A DNA stretch of 45,365 bases from an uncultured Oscillospiraceae bacterium (GTDB lineage Bacteria; Bacillota; Clostridia; Oscillospirales; CAG-382). The notes beneath the pieces are model-generated. The model was not told the DNA's origin and did no database searches. It saw only the letters and a program-made list of their open reading frames with translations. The first letter of the stretch is position 1. Each line of letters begins with the position of its first letter. Where the stretch lies: the NCBI GenBank assembly GCA_964646725.1, contig CAZYFX010000001.1, positions 1-45,365 of the forward strand. Reading direction: 5' to 3'. Below are positions 31,192-40,768 of the stretch, piece by piece. Made by a program: the position numbers and the translations under genes.

Positions 31192-32352
31192 ATGAAGGTT
31201 ACGGACATAAAGCCCTTCGTGGTGGACTGCTTCCGCACAAACTGGGTCTTTATCAAGGTGTATACCGATGATGGGATCGACGGCGTGGGCGAAGCGACGC
31301 TCGAATACAAGGAAAAAGCGCTTCTCGGCGCGGTGGAACACATTAAGGAATATCTGGTGGGCAAAAATCCGTTCGAAATCGAAAAGCACTGGCACGCGAT
31401 CTACCGCGACGCCTATTGGCGCGGCGGCCCCGTGCTCATGTCGGCTCTGTCGGCGGTGGAATGCGCTCTGTGGGATATTCTGGGCAAGAGCTTAAACGTC
31501 CCGGTATATCAGCTCCTCGGCGGCAAGGTGAACGAAAAGGCGCGTATCTACGTCAACGGATGGTTTGCCGGAGCGAAAACGCCCAAGGAATTCGGAGAAA
31601 AAGCAAAGGCGGCGGTCGCACGCGGTGTGACGGCCATGAAATGGGATCCGTTCGGCAAAAACTATTTGGAAATCTCGAACAGGGATTTAAACACGGCGCT
31701 CGAATGCGTCGGCGAGGTACGCGCGGCTGTCGGAAACGACGTCGAGCTTCTCATCGAGGGACACGGACGCTTCAATATTCCGACCGGCATACAAATCGCC
31801 AAGGAACTGGAGCCGTTCAAGCCGAAATTCTTCGAAGAACCCGTTCCGCCGGACAATTTGGACGCTTTAAAGGCGGTGCGCGACAAATCGCCCGTAGCCA
31901 TCGCAGCGGGTGAACGACTGTACACGCGTTGGGACTACAAGCGCATGTTCGACCTTGCGGCGGCCGATTACATCCAACCCGACATCTCCCATGCCGGCGG
32001 CATCATGGAGCTTAAAAAAATCGCCGCCGAAGCCGAGTGCCGCTACATCGGCTTTGCGCCGCACAATCCGAGCGGCCCGGTTGCCAATGCCGCCACGCTT
32101 CAGCTGGCAGCGGCCTGCCCGAATTTCACCGTTTTGGAAATCATGTATTCGGACGTGGTGTGGCGAAGCGACGTGACAAACGAGCATTTGGAATACACGG
32201 ACGGCTGTATCACCATTCCCGACAAGCCCGGTCTGGGCATTGAAATCGACGAAGAAGCATGCTTAAAGCACCCCTACACACCGCATACCCTGCGCCATTA
32301 CACAGGGGCTCTCACCGACATACGCCCGGCGGAAACAAAATTTTATTTTTAA
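31192..32352 (+). CDS. Enolase-superfamily sugar-acid dehydratase/cycloisomerase (galactonate/mannonate dehydratase-like)
   Basis: MKVTDIKPFVVD...WVFIKVYTDDGIDGVGEAT...YWRGGPVLMSALSAVECALWDILGK..NVPVYQLLGG is typical of the DgoD/ManD branch of the mandelate racemase/muconate lactonizing family. Confidence 0.85.
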   Translation: MKVTDIKPFVVDCFRTNWVFIKVYTDDGIDGVGEATLEYKEKALLGAVEHIKEYLVGKNPFEIEKHWHAIYRDAYWRGGPVLMSALSAVECALWDILGKSLNVPVYQLLGGKVNEKARIYVNGWFAGAKTPKEFGEKAKAAVARGVTAMKWDPFGKNYLEISNRDLNTALECVGEVRAAVGNDVELLIEGHGRFNIPTGIQIAKELEPFKPKFFEEPVPPDNLDALKAVRDKSPVAIAAGERLYTRWDYKRMFDLAAADYIQPDISHAGGIMELKKIAAEAECRYIGFAPHNPSGPVANAATLQLAAACPNFTVLEIMYSDVVWRSDVTNEHLEYTDGCITIPDKPGLGIEIDEEACLKHPYTPHTLRHYTGALTDIRPAETKFYF

Positions 32353-32364
32353 AAAGGTAAGGGT

Positions 32365-33192
32365 ATGAACAACATGCAAAAATACGAAATCAAGGATCAC
32401 GCTCCCAGCCTTTTGCCGGAGGGCGAATGGAAGCTTGTGTGGAACGACGAATTCGACGGAACGGAGCTTGACACCTCCAAATGGGGCTTCCGCTTAAATT
32501 ACTGGGGCTCACCCTGCGACGCCTACACCGACGCAGGTGTGGTTTTGGACGGCAACAGCCATATCGAGCTGCATCGAACCGAACGCAACGGCTGTTATGT
32601 TTCGCCACAGCTGCAAACCGGCTCCAATTCCTTCGATATCCCCAAAAGCGGCACGGATAATCCGTGGGGACAGAATGAGTTCTGGCCGCTCGGCGTGTTG
32701 GAAAAGCCGAAGTTCGTCCATCGGTACGGCTACTACGAATGCCGCTGCAAATTCCAAAAGCACCCCGAGGTCATGTGGAGTGCCTTCTGGACACAGTCGC
32801 CCACCATCGGCGCACGCTTTGAACCGGAATGGTGCGGCGTGGAGTCGGATATCATGGAATGCTTCGGCGCGGGCACGGCCACAACCGGCAACATCATGGG
32901 CGGCTACGGCATCCAGTTCCGCGAAGAAGGCCGCGTGAATTACGCGCTTGACGAAACCGAGGACGGCTGGCATTATTTCGGCATGAACTGGCAGCCCGAC
33001 GGCTATGATTTCTACTGCGACGGCAAGCTCGTTTCGCATTCCGACGGCCCGGTATCACATGTGCCGCAGTTCATTCTGCTGACCACCGAGGTGCAGGGCT
33101 ATCGCTCCTCCAAGCCCTACAAAATCGAGGGTGAGTTTGAGGACGATGCGTTCATCGCCGACCATGTGCGCGTATTCGATAAATTGAACTGA
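32365..33192 (+). CDS. Glycoside hydrolase family 16 protein, cytoplasmic
   Basis: WKLVWNDEFDG..LDTSKW, YGYYECRCKF and the catalytic ESDIMECF (ExDxxE) motif. No signal peptide. Confidence 0.85.
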   Translation: MNNMQKYEIKDHAPSLLPEGEWKLVWNDEFDGTELDTSKWGFRLNYWGSPCDAYTDAGVVLDGNSHIELHRTERNGCYVSPQLQTGSNSFDIPKSGTDNPWGQNEFWPLGVLEKPKFVHRYGYYECRCKFQKHPEVMWSAFWTQSPTIGARFEPEWCGVESDIMECFGAGTATTGNIMGGYGIQFREEGRVNYALDETEDGWHYFGMNWQPDGYDFYCDGKLVSHSDGPVSHVPQFILLTTEVQGYRSSKPYKIEGEFEDDAFIADHVRVFDKLN

Positions 33193-33226
33193 AAAAGTAT
33201 TTTTATAAAGAAAAGAGGAACCGAAA

Positions 33227-34033
33227 ATGAAAAAAGCGGTTTTTGTGACCGGCGGTACTGTGGGAAGCGGCCTTGCCATCGCGTCGCGGTTCGCGTCGGA
33301 GGGCTATGCGGCGGTCATCACCAGTCGAAGCGCCGAACGCGCCGAAGCGGCGGCCAAGGATGTTTCGGAAAAATACGGCGTGCCCGCCTACGGCTATGCG
33401 TTGGACATTCGCGACGAACAGCGCGTCAAGGATATTTTTGCCGATATCGACAAAAACGGTCTGTTTGTCGAAACGGTATGCTTAAATTCCGCCGACATGG
33501 GCTTCGGAAACGACCCCGCCAAAGGTATGCCGTTCTTTGAATGCACGGTCGAGGAATTCGGTCGCGTGTTCGAGACGAATTTGGTTTGGAATTTCACCAT
33601 CATTCGTCAGGCGGCGCTTCGCATGAAAGAACACGGCAAGGGCGCGATCGTTTTCATCAGCTCCAACACGGCCTACCGCGCCATTCCCAACCGTATCGCC
33701 TACAGTGCCTCCAAGGGCGGCATCAACGCCATGAGCCGCGCCTTAGCGGTCGATTTGGGACAATACGGCATTCGCTCCAACGTGGTGCTTCCCGGCACGA
33801 TCAAAACCGAACGCTGGGTGAAAATGGGCTCGAAGCAGATCGTCAACGGAACATTGACGCCCATCGGCGACATCTCGGATTTCGAGGATATCGCCAATGC
33901 CGCGTGGTATTTGGGCAGTGACGAATCCAAAAACGTCACCGGAACGGAACTTACGGTGGACGGCGGCATGAGCTGTCAGCTGTATCCGCAGATTTTGGCG
34001 GAGTATAAGAAAAAAGCTCTCGGAATCGAATAG
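33227..34033 (+). CDS. SDR-family oxidoreductase
   Basis: AGAGGAA RBS. VTGGTVGSGLA Rossmann motif, NSAD, and YSASKGG (YxxxK). Confidence 0.9.
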   Translation: MKKAVFVTGGTVGSGLAIASRFASEGYAAVITSRSAERAEAAAKDVSEKYGVPAYGYALDIRDEQRVKDIFADIDKNGLFVETVCLNSADMGFGNDPAKGMPFFECTVEEFGRVFETNLVWNFTIIRQAALRMKEHGKGAIVFISSNTAYRAIPNRIAYSASKGGINAMSRALAVDLGQYGIRSNVVLPGTIKTERWVKMGSKQIVNGTLTPIGDISDFEDIANAAWYLGSDESKNVTGTELTVDGGMSCQLYPQILAEYKKKALGIE

Positions 34034-34062
34034 AGCGCAAAAGAAAGCGATAGGTGAAGCAA

Positions 34063-36051
34063 ATGCATGTAAAATTGGAAAAACACGGCGGTGCGGTCAA
34101 AATCAACATCGACGGCAAGCTGTTGGAGCCGCTGTCCTTTAAATCTTTCCGTCCGTCGGCGCGGAACATAAGCGATTTCTACAAGGCAGGTGTGCGCGTT
34201 TTTGACATTCTGACCGGCAGTATCAAATGTATGTTGGGCGTTCCGTATTCGCTGTACGGCGAAACATGGACGGACGACGGCGTGTTCGATTTCGAGCCCA
34301 TCGACCGTCAGATCGAGCTGTTTCTCGAAAACGCACCGGAAGGCTACTTTGCCTTGATGATACAGTTGGATACACGGGAATGGTATTGCAGGAAGCACGG
34401 CGTTCCGTATACCTTCACGAATCTGTCGCAGGAAATATGCGACCGTGCATGGCGCGACGCGGCCGGCGAATATCTCCGCAAGGTCATTCGTCACACCGAA
34501 GAAAAATACGGTGAGCGCTTCTACGGCTATTTTCTTCTCTGCGGCTATACGACCGAATGGTTCAGCCAATGCGATGACGAGGAAAGCCACCCGATTAAGC
34601 TTGCGGCATACCGTGAATACAAGAACGACCCGACGGCCGTCATTCCCGACAAGGCCGCGCGTGACATTCCGCGCGAACGCGTGTATCTCGACCCGACGGA
34701 AGAAAAGAATCTGGTGGAGTACCGCCGATTCCATTCCGATATCATCGCCGACGCCATCATCGAATTTGCACACATCGTCAAAGAGGAGACAGACTATCAC
34801 AAACTCTGCGGCGTGTACTACGGCTATCTGTTCGAATTGGAGGGCAAGCGTCTGTGGGATGCGGGGACGTTGAGCTACGAGAGAGTATACACCTGTCCGT
34901 ATATCGACATGATCTCCAGTCCGTCCTCCTATGCGCACCGCGCTTACGATGATGTAAGTGCCGTCATGGTTCCGAGCGATACGCTCGACCGTCACAACAA
35001 ACTGTACTTTTTGGAATTTGACCACATCACCCATGCGGCCCCCGCGTTCGTTCCCGACGGAAACGGCGTGCCCATCCCCGGCGCGGACAGTCGTTTCAAA
35101 TCGGAAGCCGAGACAATCGACGTTATGCGGCGCGACTTTATGTTATGCTGTGCAAGACGTTTGGCACTCTGGTGGTTCGACATGTTCGAGGGTTGGTTCT
35201 ATTCCGAATCCATGATGAACGAGATTGCGCATTTCATCCGCATTGCAAAGGACGTCACCGCGCGCGACGCGACCTCAAACGCCGAGGTCTGTGTCATTGC
35301 CGAGGGTGCATCACTGCTCTACGTCAACAAGCATTCCGGGGTCAACAATGCGTTGTTCTGCCGTCAGCGTGAGGGCTTGGGTCGCATGGGAGCTCCCTAC
35401 GACCTCTATTCGGTCTGCGATATCGAAAAAATCGATTTTGACCGCTACAAGCTTGTACTTCTGTTGGACGAATACAAGACCGACGAGACGGTGCGAAGCA
35501 TCATCATAGAGCGCGTCAAGCCCGGAAAAACGGTGGTCTTTTTCGGCCCGACGGACGGCATAACCGACGAAAAACTCGATTTGGCAAGAGCCGCCGAAAC
35601 GGTGGGAATGCATCTTTCGCAGGACAGCGGCGAAAACCGTGCGTCGGCATTCGGACGCACCTACGGAGACGGGCAGGTGCAAACGCGCATATTCTGCGAC
35701 GACACGAAAGCGGTCGCACTCGGACGCTTCGCGGACGGAAAAATCAGTCTGGCGCTCAGAGAAACAGACGGTTGCAAATGTATTTATTCGGCCATCGGCG
35801 ATTTGGACGGCGCGATTTTACGAGAGCTTGCGCGTCTTGCGGGAGTACACATTTACACGGAAACGTGTCCCGTGTACGTCAACACCGACATGATCGGCTT
35901 GTACATGAATCTCGAAGAAGCCGTGACGGTCACGCTTCCGCAGGACGGAACGTATTACGATGCGTTTACGGGCAAAGAGTACCGTTCGGAAAACAAAACG
36001 GTGGTTGTTCCGGTCGGAGAATATCGGTCGGTTCTGCTGTTAAGAAAATAA
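34063..36051 (+). CDS. Uncharacterised 662-aa cytoplasmic protein, possibly a GH42-like clan GH-A glycosidase
   Basis: AGGTGA RBS 6 nt upstream of the ATG at 34063 (the listed GTG at 34054 lies inside that RBS). YGETWTDDGVFDFEPIDRQIELFLENAP loosely resembles the GH42/GH-A N-terminal pattern. The family call is weak. Confidence 0.55.
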   Translation: MHVKLEKHGGAVKINIDGKLLEPLSFKSFRPSARNISDFYKAGVRVFDILTGSIKCMLGVPYSLYGETWTDDGVFDFEPIDRQIELFLENAPEGYFALMIQLDTREWYCRKHGVPYTFTNLSQEICDRAWRDAAGEYLRKVIRHTEEKYGERFYGYFLLCGYTTEWFSQCDDEESHPIKLAAYREYKNDPTAVIPDKAARDIPRERVYLDPTEEKNLVEYRRFHSDIIADAIIEFAHIVKEETDYHKLCGVYYGYLFELEGKRLWDAGTLSYERVYTCPYIDMISSPSSYAHRAYDDVSAVMVPSDTLDRHNKLYFLEFDHITHAAPAFVPDGNGVPIPGADSRFKSEAETIDVMRRDFMLCCARRLALWWFDMFEGWFYSESMMNEIAHFIRIAKDVTARDATSNAEVCVIAEGASLLYVNKHSGVNNALFCRQREGLGRMGAPYDLYSVCDIEKIDFDRYKLVLLLDEYKTDETVRSIIIERVKPGKTVVFFGPTDGITDEKLDLARAAETVGMHLSQDSGENRASAFGRTYGDGQVQTRIFCDDTKAVALGRFADGKISLALRETDGCKCIYSAIGDLDGAILRELARLAGVHIYTETCPVYVNTDMIGLYMNLEEAVTVTLPQDGTYYDAFTGKEYRSENKTVVVPVGEYRSVLLLRK

Positions 36052-36064
36052 GTTGAATACAAAA

Positions 36065-36100
36065 AGTCGCAGGCTTCCTTTGGGAGGCACTGCGACTTTT
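36065..36100 (+). terminator. Intrinsic terminator after the 662-aa gene
   Basis: AGTCGCAG...CTGCGACT outer stem with an inner GCTTCC/GGAGGC stem, then TTT. Confidence 0.55.
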
Positions 36101-36373
36101 AAATTACGGCGAACAGTAACATCCGCTTTCACACCGAACCGTCCGTCCCGAAGACGGACGGTGGAGTACAAATGCGCGGACGAAACTATATCGTTTTATG
36201 CAAATTCGGACGCGAATATCGGAGCGGCGCTTCGCCGTATGAGCTTGTAAACGCAAAATCCGCACTGAGCCGTAAGCCCCGTTGGGCGCACGGCAGGGTA
36301 AAAAACGCGTCCGAAGAGTAACGATTTCATCGATAACTGTGCCCGCGAAAATTGCAGCGCGGCTTCCGCGCGC

Positions 36374-37111
36374 CTATTTGACGGACATGCCGCCGTCAAC
36401 AAATAAGTTCTGACCGGTCATGTAGGCTCCCGCATCCGAACACAGAAACGCAAATACACCCGCCAAATCCTCCGGCTCGGCACAGTACCCGAGCGGGATC
36501 TTGGCCAATACCGTCTTGCGGTATTCCTCGTCCGCAAGCGCTTCGGCATTGCGGTCGGTGGCCACCACACCCGGCGCCACACTGTTGACCGTCACACCCG
36601 TTCCCGCAAGCTGAAGAGCAAGCGAACGCGCCATGAGCGTCAGTGCCGCCTTGCTCGAAGAATAAACCAACATGTCCGGATGCGGCTTGGCTTCTTGGAC
36701 ACTTCCCACCGTGATAATGCGCCCGAAGCCGTTTGCAACCATGCCCGGCGCGTATTTTTGAATCAAAAGAAGCGACGCGCGGAAATTGCAGTTCATTTGC
36801 TCGTCGTATTCCGCAAGCGTGATCTCGCTCCACTTTTTGCGGTGCTGGACAGACGCATTGAGAATCAATACATCCACATCCCCCGTCATGGCATACAGCT
36901 TGTCCGCACAATCGCTTTGGCATAAGTCGTACTTGACAAGCGTACATACCCCACCCGCCGCCTCAATGTCTGCGCGCGTTTTCTCGGCGGCGGAAGTGTT
37001 GCCCGCATAGTTTGCGAACATCTCATAGCCCATGGATGCCAGCTTTACGGCGGCGGCACGGCCGATTCCGCGCCCCGCACCCGTGATGAGAGCCTTTTTT
37101 CTCTGTTCCAT
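36374..37111 (-). CDS. SDR-family oxidoreductase (FabG-like)
   Basis: ITGAGRGIGRAAA, NASV and YSSSKAA motifs. A GC hairpin plus AATTTT follows it on the minus strand (36340-36372). Confidence 0.9.
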   Translation of the reverse strand: MEQRKKALITGAGRGIGRAAAVKLASMGYEMFANYAGNTSAAEKTRADIEAAGGVCTLVKYDLCQSDCADKLYAMTGDVDVLILNASVQHRKKWSEITLAEYDEQMNCNFRASLLLIQKYAPGMVANGFGRIITVGSVQEAKPHPDMLVYSSSKAALTLMARSLALQLAGTGVTVNSVAPGVVATDRNAEALADEEYRKTVLAKIPLGYCAEPEDLAGVFAFLCSDAGAYMTGQNLFVDGGMSVK

Positions 37112-37125
37112 AACTCCGTTTCTCC

Positions 37126-38484
37126 TTACGCAAGCGTGATCGAATACGGACGCTCGTAGTGCGTATCCAGCTTGAAGGTGTGTACGCTCTCGCCCTTTTC
37201 GGTGGTAACAACTGCCTCGTAGTCACCGTAGAAGCCCTTGAATACCGCTTCGCCGTCGCAGTTCGTAACAACGGAAGCGTCGGTGTGCCAGCCGTCGATG
37301 AGCGCTTTGTAGGCACGCAAAATCGGCTTTTCGGTCATGTCGTAGCGATACATACCGCCGCAGAAATAGTTCTCACCTTCCAACGTTCCCTGCGGAGCCC
37401 AGGCGGCATAGCCGTCCACCAGATTCCAGTAAACGATCCCCTCCATGCCCTCTGCGGCAAACCACAAACGGTACATGAGCGTGAGAAGTTCGGCCTGCAC
37501 CTCCTCGTCCTGCGGATCAAGTCCATAGGCAGGGAGCGTCACTTCGGAAATCTGCATGGGAAGCTTGAAATCGCGATATAAACGCATCTGCTCGATCTCG
37601 GTCATGGGATTGTAACGGAAGCCCGCAAAGCCCGGCTCGTCCTCAAGCCGCACAAACGAATGCGCCTGCCAGCTGACCTTGTTGCAGGGTGCGCCGTTGC
37701 GTAACATCCGCTCGATCATCATGTAATACGGCGTGCGGTTGACATTGTTGTCGCTGTCCCCCAACTGGGCGGCTTCGTTGATGATACGTCCGTTGTAGGG
37801 GAAGTATTTCTTGGCTGTCTCAAAGACCCATTCCAGATAATCGTATTCGTTGATGAGTGCCGGCTGCGAGAAGTGGAAAAAGCGGCGGCAGAGCAGCTCA
37901 TTGGTCACGTCCCAGTCCTCGATTACGTCCGCATAGCGCGCACCGACCTCGGCAAAGTGCTTGTCGTACATAATCTTTGCTTCACGCACATCGCGCGGCA
38001 AATAGCTCGGCGTAAAGGACGAGGTGTCGTAGGCAAGGCAGTGACCCTTCATGCGGATTCCGTGCTCCTTGCAGTACTCCACGCAAAGGTCGGGCGCGGG
38101 ACGGCGGTAGACCTTGAAAGAATCCTTATCGTAGCGCGGCTTTCCGTATTCCGGCTCAAGGTCGCTCCAGTAGAACGGAACGGTGGCATAGTTGAAATAC
38201 TTGTGAAACACGTCGCGGTAAGCGGCGTTCTTTTCGTCGTTTTCAAATTCGTCCAACATGAAAATGTTACAGCCGAATTTGAACGTGTGGCTTTTCTGCG
38301 TCAGCTTGACCGACGCCCCTTTGACGGGCTTGCCCTCGGCATCCTTGACAACGATGCGCCCGAAACCCTTGCGATTGGATTCGATACCGTTACGAATGAA
38401 ATCCTCGGCGTAGTCCTTATGACGGTTATAGGCCGCAAAAACCTTTTCGCGTCTTTGCGAAGCGTTTGAAGTGTTGACTTCCAT
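37126..38484 (-). CDS. Glycoside hydrolase family 10-like protein, cytoplasmic
   Basis: GGAGGT RBS. FNYATVPFYWSDLEPEYGKPRY, GIRMKGHCLAYD, WDVTNE (acid/base) and QISEVTL (nucleophile) follow the GH10 pattern. No signal peptide. Confidence 0.8.
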   Translation of the reverse strand: MEVNTSNASQRREKVFAAYNRHKDYAEDFIRNGIESNRKGFGRIVVKDAEGKPVKGASVKLTQKSHTFKFGCNIFMLDEFENDEKNAAYRDVFHKYFNYATVPFYWSDLEPEYGKPRYDKDSFKVYRRPAPDLCVEYCKEHGIRMKGHCLAYDTSSFTPSYLPRDVREAKIMYDKHFAEVGARYADVIEDWDVTNELLCRRFFHFSQPALINEYDYLEWVFETAKKYFPYNGRIINEAAQLGDSDNNVNRTPYYMMIERMLRNGAPCNKVSWQAHSFVRLEDEPGFAGFRYNPMTEIEQMRLYRDFKLPMQISEVTLPAYGLDPQDEEVQAELLTLMYRLWFAAEGMEGIVYWNLVDGYAAWAPQGTLEGENYFCGGMYRYDMTEKPILRAYKALIDGWHTDASVVTNCDGEAVFKGFYGDYEAVVTTEKGESVHTFKLDTHYERPYSITLA

Positions 38485-38549
38485 GATGTACCTCCATCGG
38501 CGGTTCGGCCGCCATTGTTTTTTATGTTTTGTTTTTTTATGTTTGTTTT

Positions 38550-39833
38550 TTACGAACGGAGAACGAAATAGCCGTAGCCGTCCAAAACGGTCACGTCCGA
38601 AAGCTCCGCGCCGTGCGAAAGTACCGTCTCGCCGCTCGGTGCAAACGGAATCTCACAGCGCTCGGCGCTCAAATTCACCCCAACCGTCAGGCCGTGCGTA
38701 TCGTCGCCTCTTGCGAAGATCAGCGTGTTTTCGCCGACATGAAGAAAACGGTTCGGTGCGGCCGCGTCCGTCGGATATTCCTTGCGCAGAGCGGTCAGCG
38801 TTCGGAGCAAGGCGCGGCGTTCGGTCGTTTTCTCCGCGTCTCCGCTTCGATCGACCGTGCAGTCAAGCCCGCCGTTATGCTCCCGACTGTAAAAAATGCT
38901 GTGGCGGTGCGTGTCGCAATCTTCTATGCCGTTGTACAGGAAAAACACACCGTTTGTGAGCGCGTTGAGCACCAGCGCGGCATTCACACCCTCCGAGCCG
39001 GGTTTTGTGTCGAAACGCGCGTCGCAGTCGTTGGCGATGTCGTGATTGTCGAGCGTGCGAAGAATGGGCGAGGGAACGTCGGTCTGTCGATAGTGATCGT
39101 TTCGGCTCAAAATCGAAGCCTTTTCTTGTCCGTACAGCACCTTTTGCAGGTCGTCGCTCCAGAAAAAGCTGTAGTATGCGTCAAATCCTTCGACTTTCGC
39201 ATCGACCTTGTGCCCCTCGTCGAGCATAAAGAGGTCGGGCTTCAGCTTGCGGCACCTGCGAATGCCCTCCTCCCAAAAGTCCATGGGAATCGAGGAGCCG
39301 ACGTCACAGCGATAGCCGTCCGCGTCGCATGTCCGAATCCAGTACAGCATGTTCTCGTACAGATATTCGCGCAAGGACGGATTTTCGAAGTTCAAACGCG
39401 GAAACGCCCATTCACCCATGTTCGGCGAGCCGTCGGCGTTTTGCAGAACAAAATCCGGATGCTCCTTTAAAAAGACAGCTTTCGGGCCGCAGTGATAGTA
39501 AACCAGATCCAAAAGCACCTTTAGCCCGAGCGCATGAGCGTGTGTGACAAAGCGCTTCAGATCGTCCTCGGTGCCGTATTCGGAATCGACCGCGAAATAA
39601 TCCTTCATGCGATACGGATTTTTCGGATTGTCGAAGCCGGAGCGGATTTGACGCGGACTCCAAAATTCTCTGTTTTCATCGTCATCTGCCGAAAACATCG
39701 GACAAAGATAGACAAAATCCGCGCCGAGAGCGGCAATATCTTCCAAATGCTCCTCGGCCGCCGCCAGCGTTCCCTCTTTGGTGAAGGAACGCAGAAACAG
39801 CTGATAAACGGTCGCGTGGGATGTGATTTTCAT
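38550..39833 (-). CDS. GH13 alpha-amylase-family protein, cytoplasmic
   Basis: GAGGTG RBS 6 nt upstream of the ATG at 39833. VLLDLVYYHCGP, DGYRCDVGSSIP, FMLDEG and TLDNHD correspond to GH13 conserved regions I-IV. Confidence 0.85.
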   Translation of the reverse strand: MKITSHATVYQLFLRSFTKEGTLAAAEEHLEDIAALGADFVYLCPMFSADDDENREFWSPRQIRSGFDNPKNPYRMKDYFAVDSEYGTEDDLKRFVTHAHALGLKVLLDLVYYHCGPKAVFLKEHPDFVLQNADGSPNMGEWAFPRLNFENPSLREYLYENMLYWIRTCDADGYRCDVGSSIPMDFWEEGIRRCRKLKPDLFMLDEGHKVDAKVEGFDAYYSFFWSDDLQKVLYGQEKASILSRNDHYRQTDVPSPILRTLDNHDIANDCDARFDTKPGSEGVNAALVLNALTNGVFFLYNGIEDCDTHRHSIFYSREHNGGLDCTVDRSGDAEKTTERRALLRTLTALRKEYPTDAAAPNRFLHVGENTLIFARGDDTHGLTVGVNLSAERCEIPFAPSGETVLSHGAELSDVTVLDGYGYFVLRS

Positions 39834-39865
39834 ACCGATCACCTCGTTCGTTTCGTTTTTTGTTT

Positions 39866-40768
39866 TTACAGTGCCGTTTGCGTATCGTTCGGGTCACCGT
39901 GAAGCGCCAGATCGTATTCGACCGACCAGTCGAGGTCGCGATAGGCCGCGGCGCGTTCATCCTTTTCGATGAAATCCATGAGCATGTCGAGCATATCCTT
40001 TGTCCAGGTGTTCTTATCGATCTGCGCGGTGGTGAATTTGTTCTGCGCGATCATTTCGAAGCCGAACAGATCCTTGACCTGCGTCTTGGACGCGCCGTCC
40101 ACCACCTCGGCCACCAGATGCGACGGAATGAACAGCACACCGCCGCCCGCGCCGAACACGATATCGCCCGGCAGAACGGTCGCATTTCCGATACGGGTCA
40201 CGGAGTTGAAGCCGGTCATGACAAAATCGCGGATGGGGGTCGGGTCGATGCCGCGATAATATACCTGTACGCCTTCCACACCCTTCATCTGCTCCACGTC
40301 GCGCACGCCGCCCCAGATGACGCCGCCGCCCGTTTTGGTTTTGGTCTTGATGGCGGTGGTCAGATTACCGCCCAAAAAAGTGCCCTTGTAGATTTTGTCG
40401 TACATGTCGGCCACCACCACGTCGCCCTCGACCAGACTGTCGATGACCCATTGGTTATAGTTGCCCTTTCTCCCTTCCTCCATGCCGACGGCAAACATGG
40501 TTTCATGAAGGTCGGGACGTGTGGGCGCAAAGGTGGCGGTGACGGCGCGACCGATGAGCTTTCTTCCGTCGTCGTGCAGTGTCTTGAGCCGTCCCTCGAA
40601 CTGGCTTTCGTAGCCCTTGACGAAGATGGGCTTCCATACCTCCTCCAAGGTCAGACTGCGCAAGGCCGTTAAATATTTGTCGGCCACGCGCGGCCGTCCG
40701 TCGGGAAAACGCTCCCCCTTCCACTGCGGCGTTAAAGCAATGATTTCTTCTTTTACATTAAAATGCAT
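39866..40768 (-). CDS. RraA-family (HMG/oxaloacetate aldolase-decarboxylase-like) protein, long 300-aa form
   Basis: GGAGGA RBS 9 nt upstream of the ATG at 40768. GRAVTATF...GDVVVAD...GGNLTTAIKTKTKTGGGVIWGGVRD...ATVLPGDIVFGAGGGVLFIP matches the RraA-like fold pattern. Confidence 0.75.
   Translation of the reverse strand: MHFNVKEEIIALTPQWKGERFPDGRPRVADKYLTALRSLTLEEVWKPIFVKGYESQFEGRLKTLHDDGRKLIGRAVTATFAPTRPDLHETMFAVGMEEGRKGNYNQWVIDSLVEGDVVVADMYDKIYKGTFLGGNLTTAIKTKTKTGGGVIWGGVRDVEQMKGVEGVQVYYRGIDPTPIRDFVMTGFNSVTRIGNATVLPGDIVFGAGGGVLFIPSHLVAEVVDGASKTQVKDLFGFEMIAQNKFTTAQIDKNTWTKDMLDMLMDFIEKDERAAAYRDLDWSVEYDLALHGDPNDTQTAL

Noticed and set aside
31006-31395. N-terminal 130-aa extension of the AraC-family ORF. 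The same issue applies to the listed starts at 2813, 7327, 15814, 21842, 22447, 27105, 34054, 39842, 40763, 42595 and 43990.
   Set aside because: The extensions lack RBSs, run through promoter or intergenic sequence or the opposite gene's start, and add non-homologous residues. Internal starts with GGAGG-type RBSs and proper N-termini (signal peptides, family starts) fit better.
33976-35034. 352-aa minus-strand ORF
   Set aside because: It is antisense to the 662-aa gene and the end of the SDR gene, with shadow composition and no RBS.
36100-36373. ~270-nt non-coding gap between convergent operons with a CCGTCCGTC/GACGGACGG hairpin (36133-36157), considered as a possible sRNA or riboswitch
   Set aside because: I found no promoter, no conserved riboswitch core and no U-tract after the hairpin. 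The evidence is insufficient, and most of the gap is probably terminator and spacer sequence.
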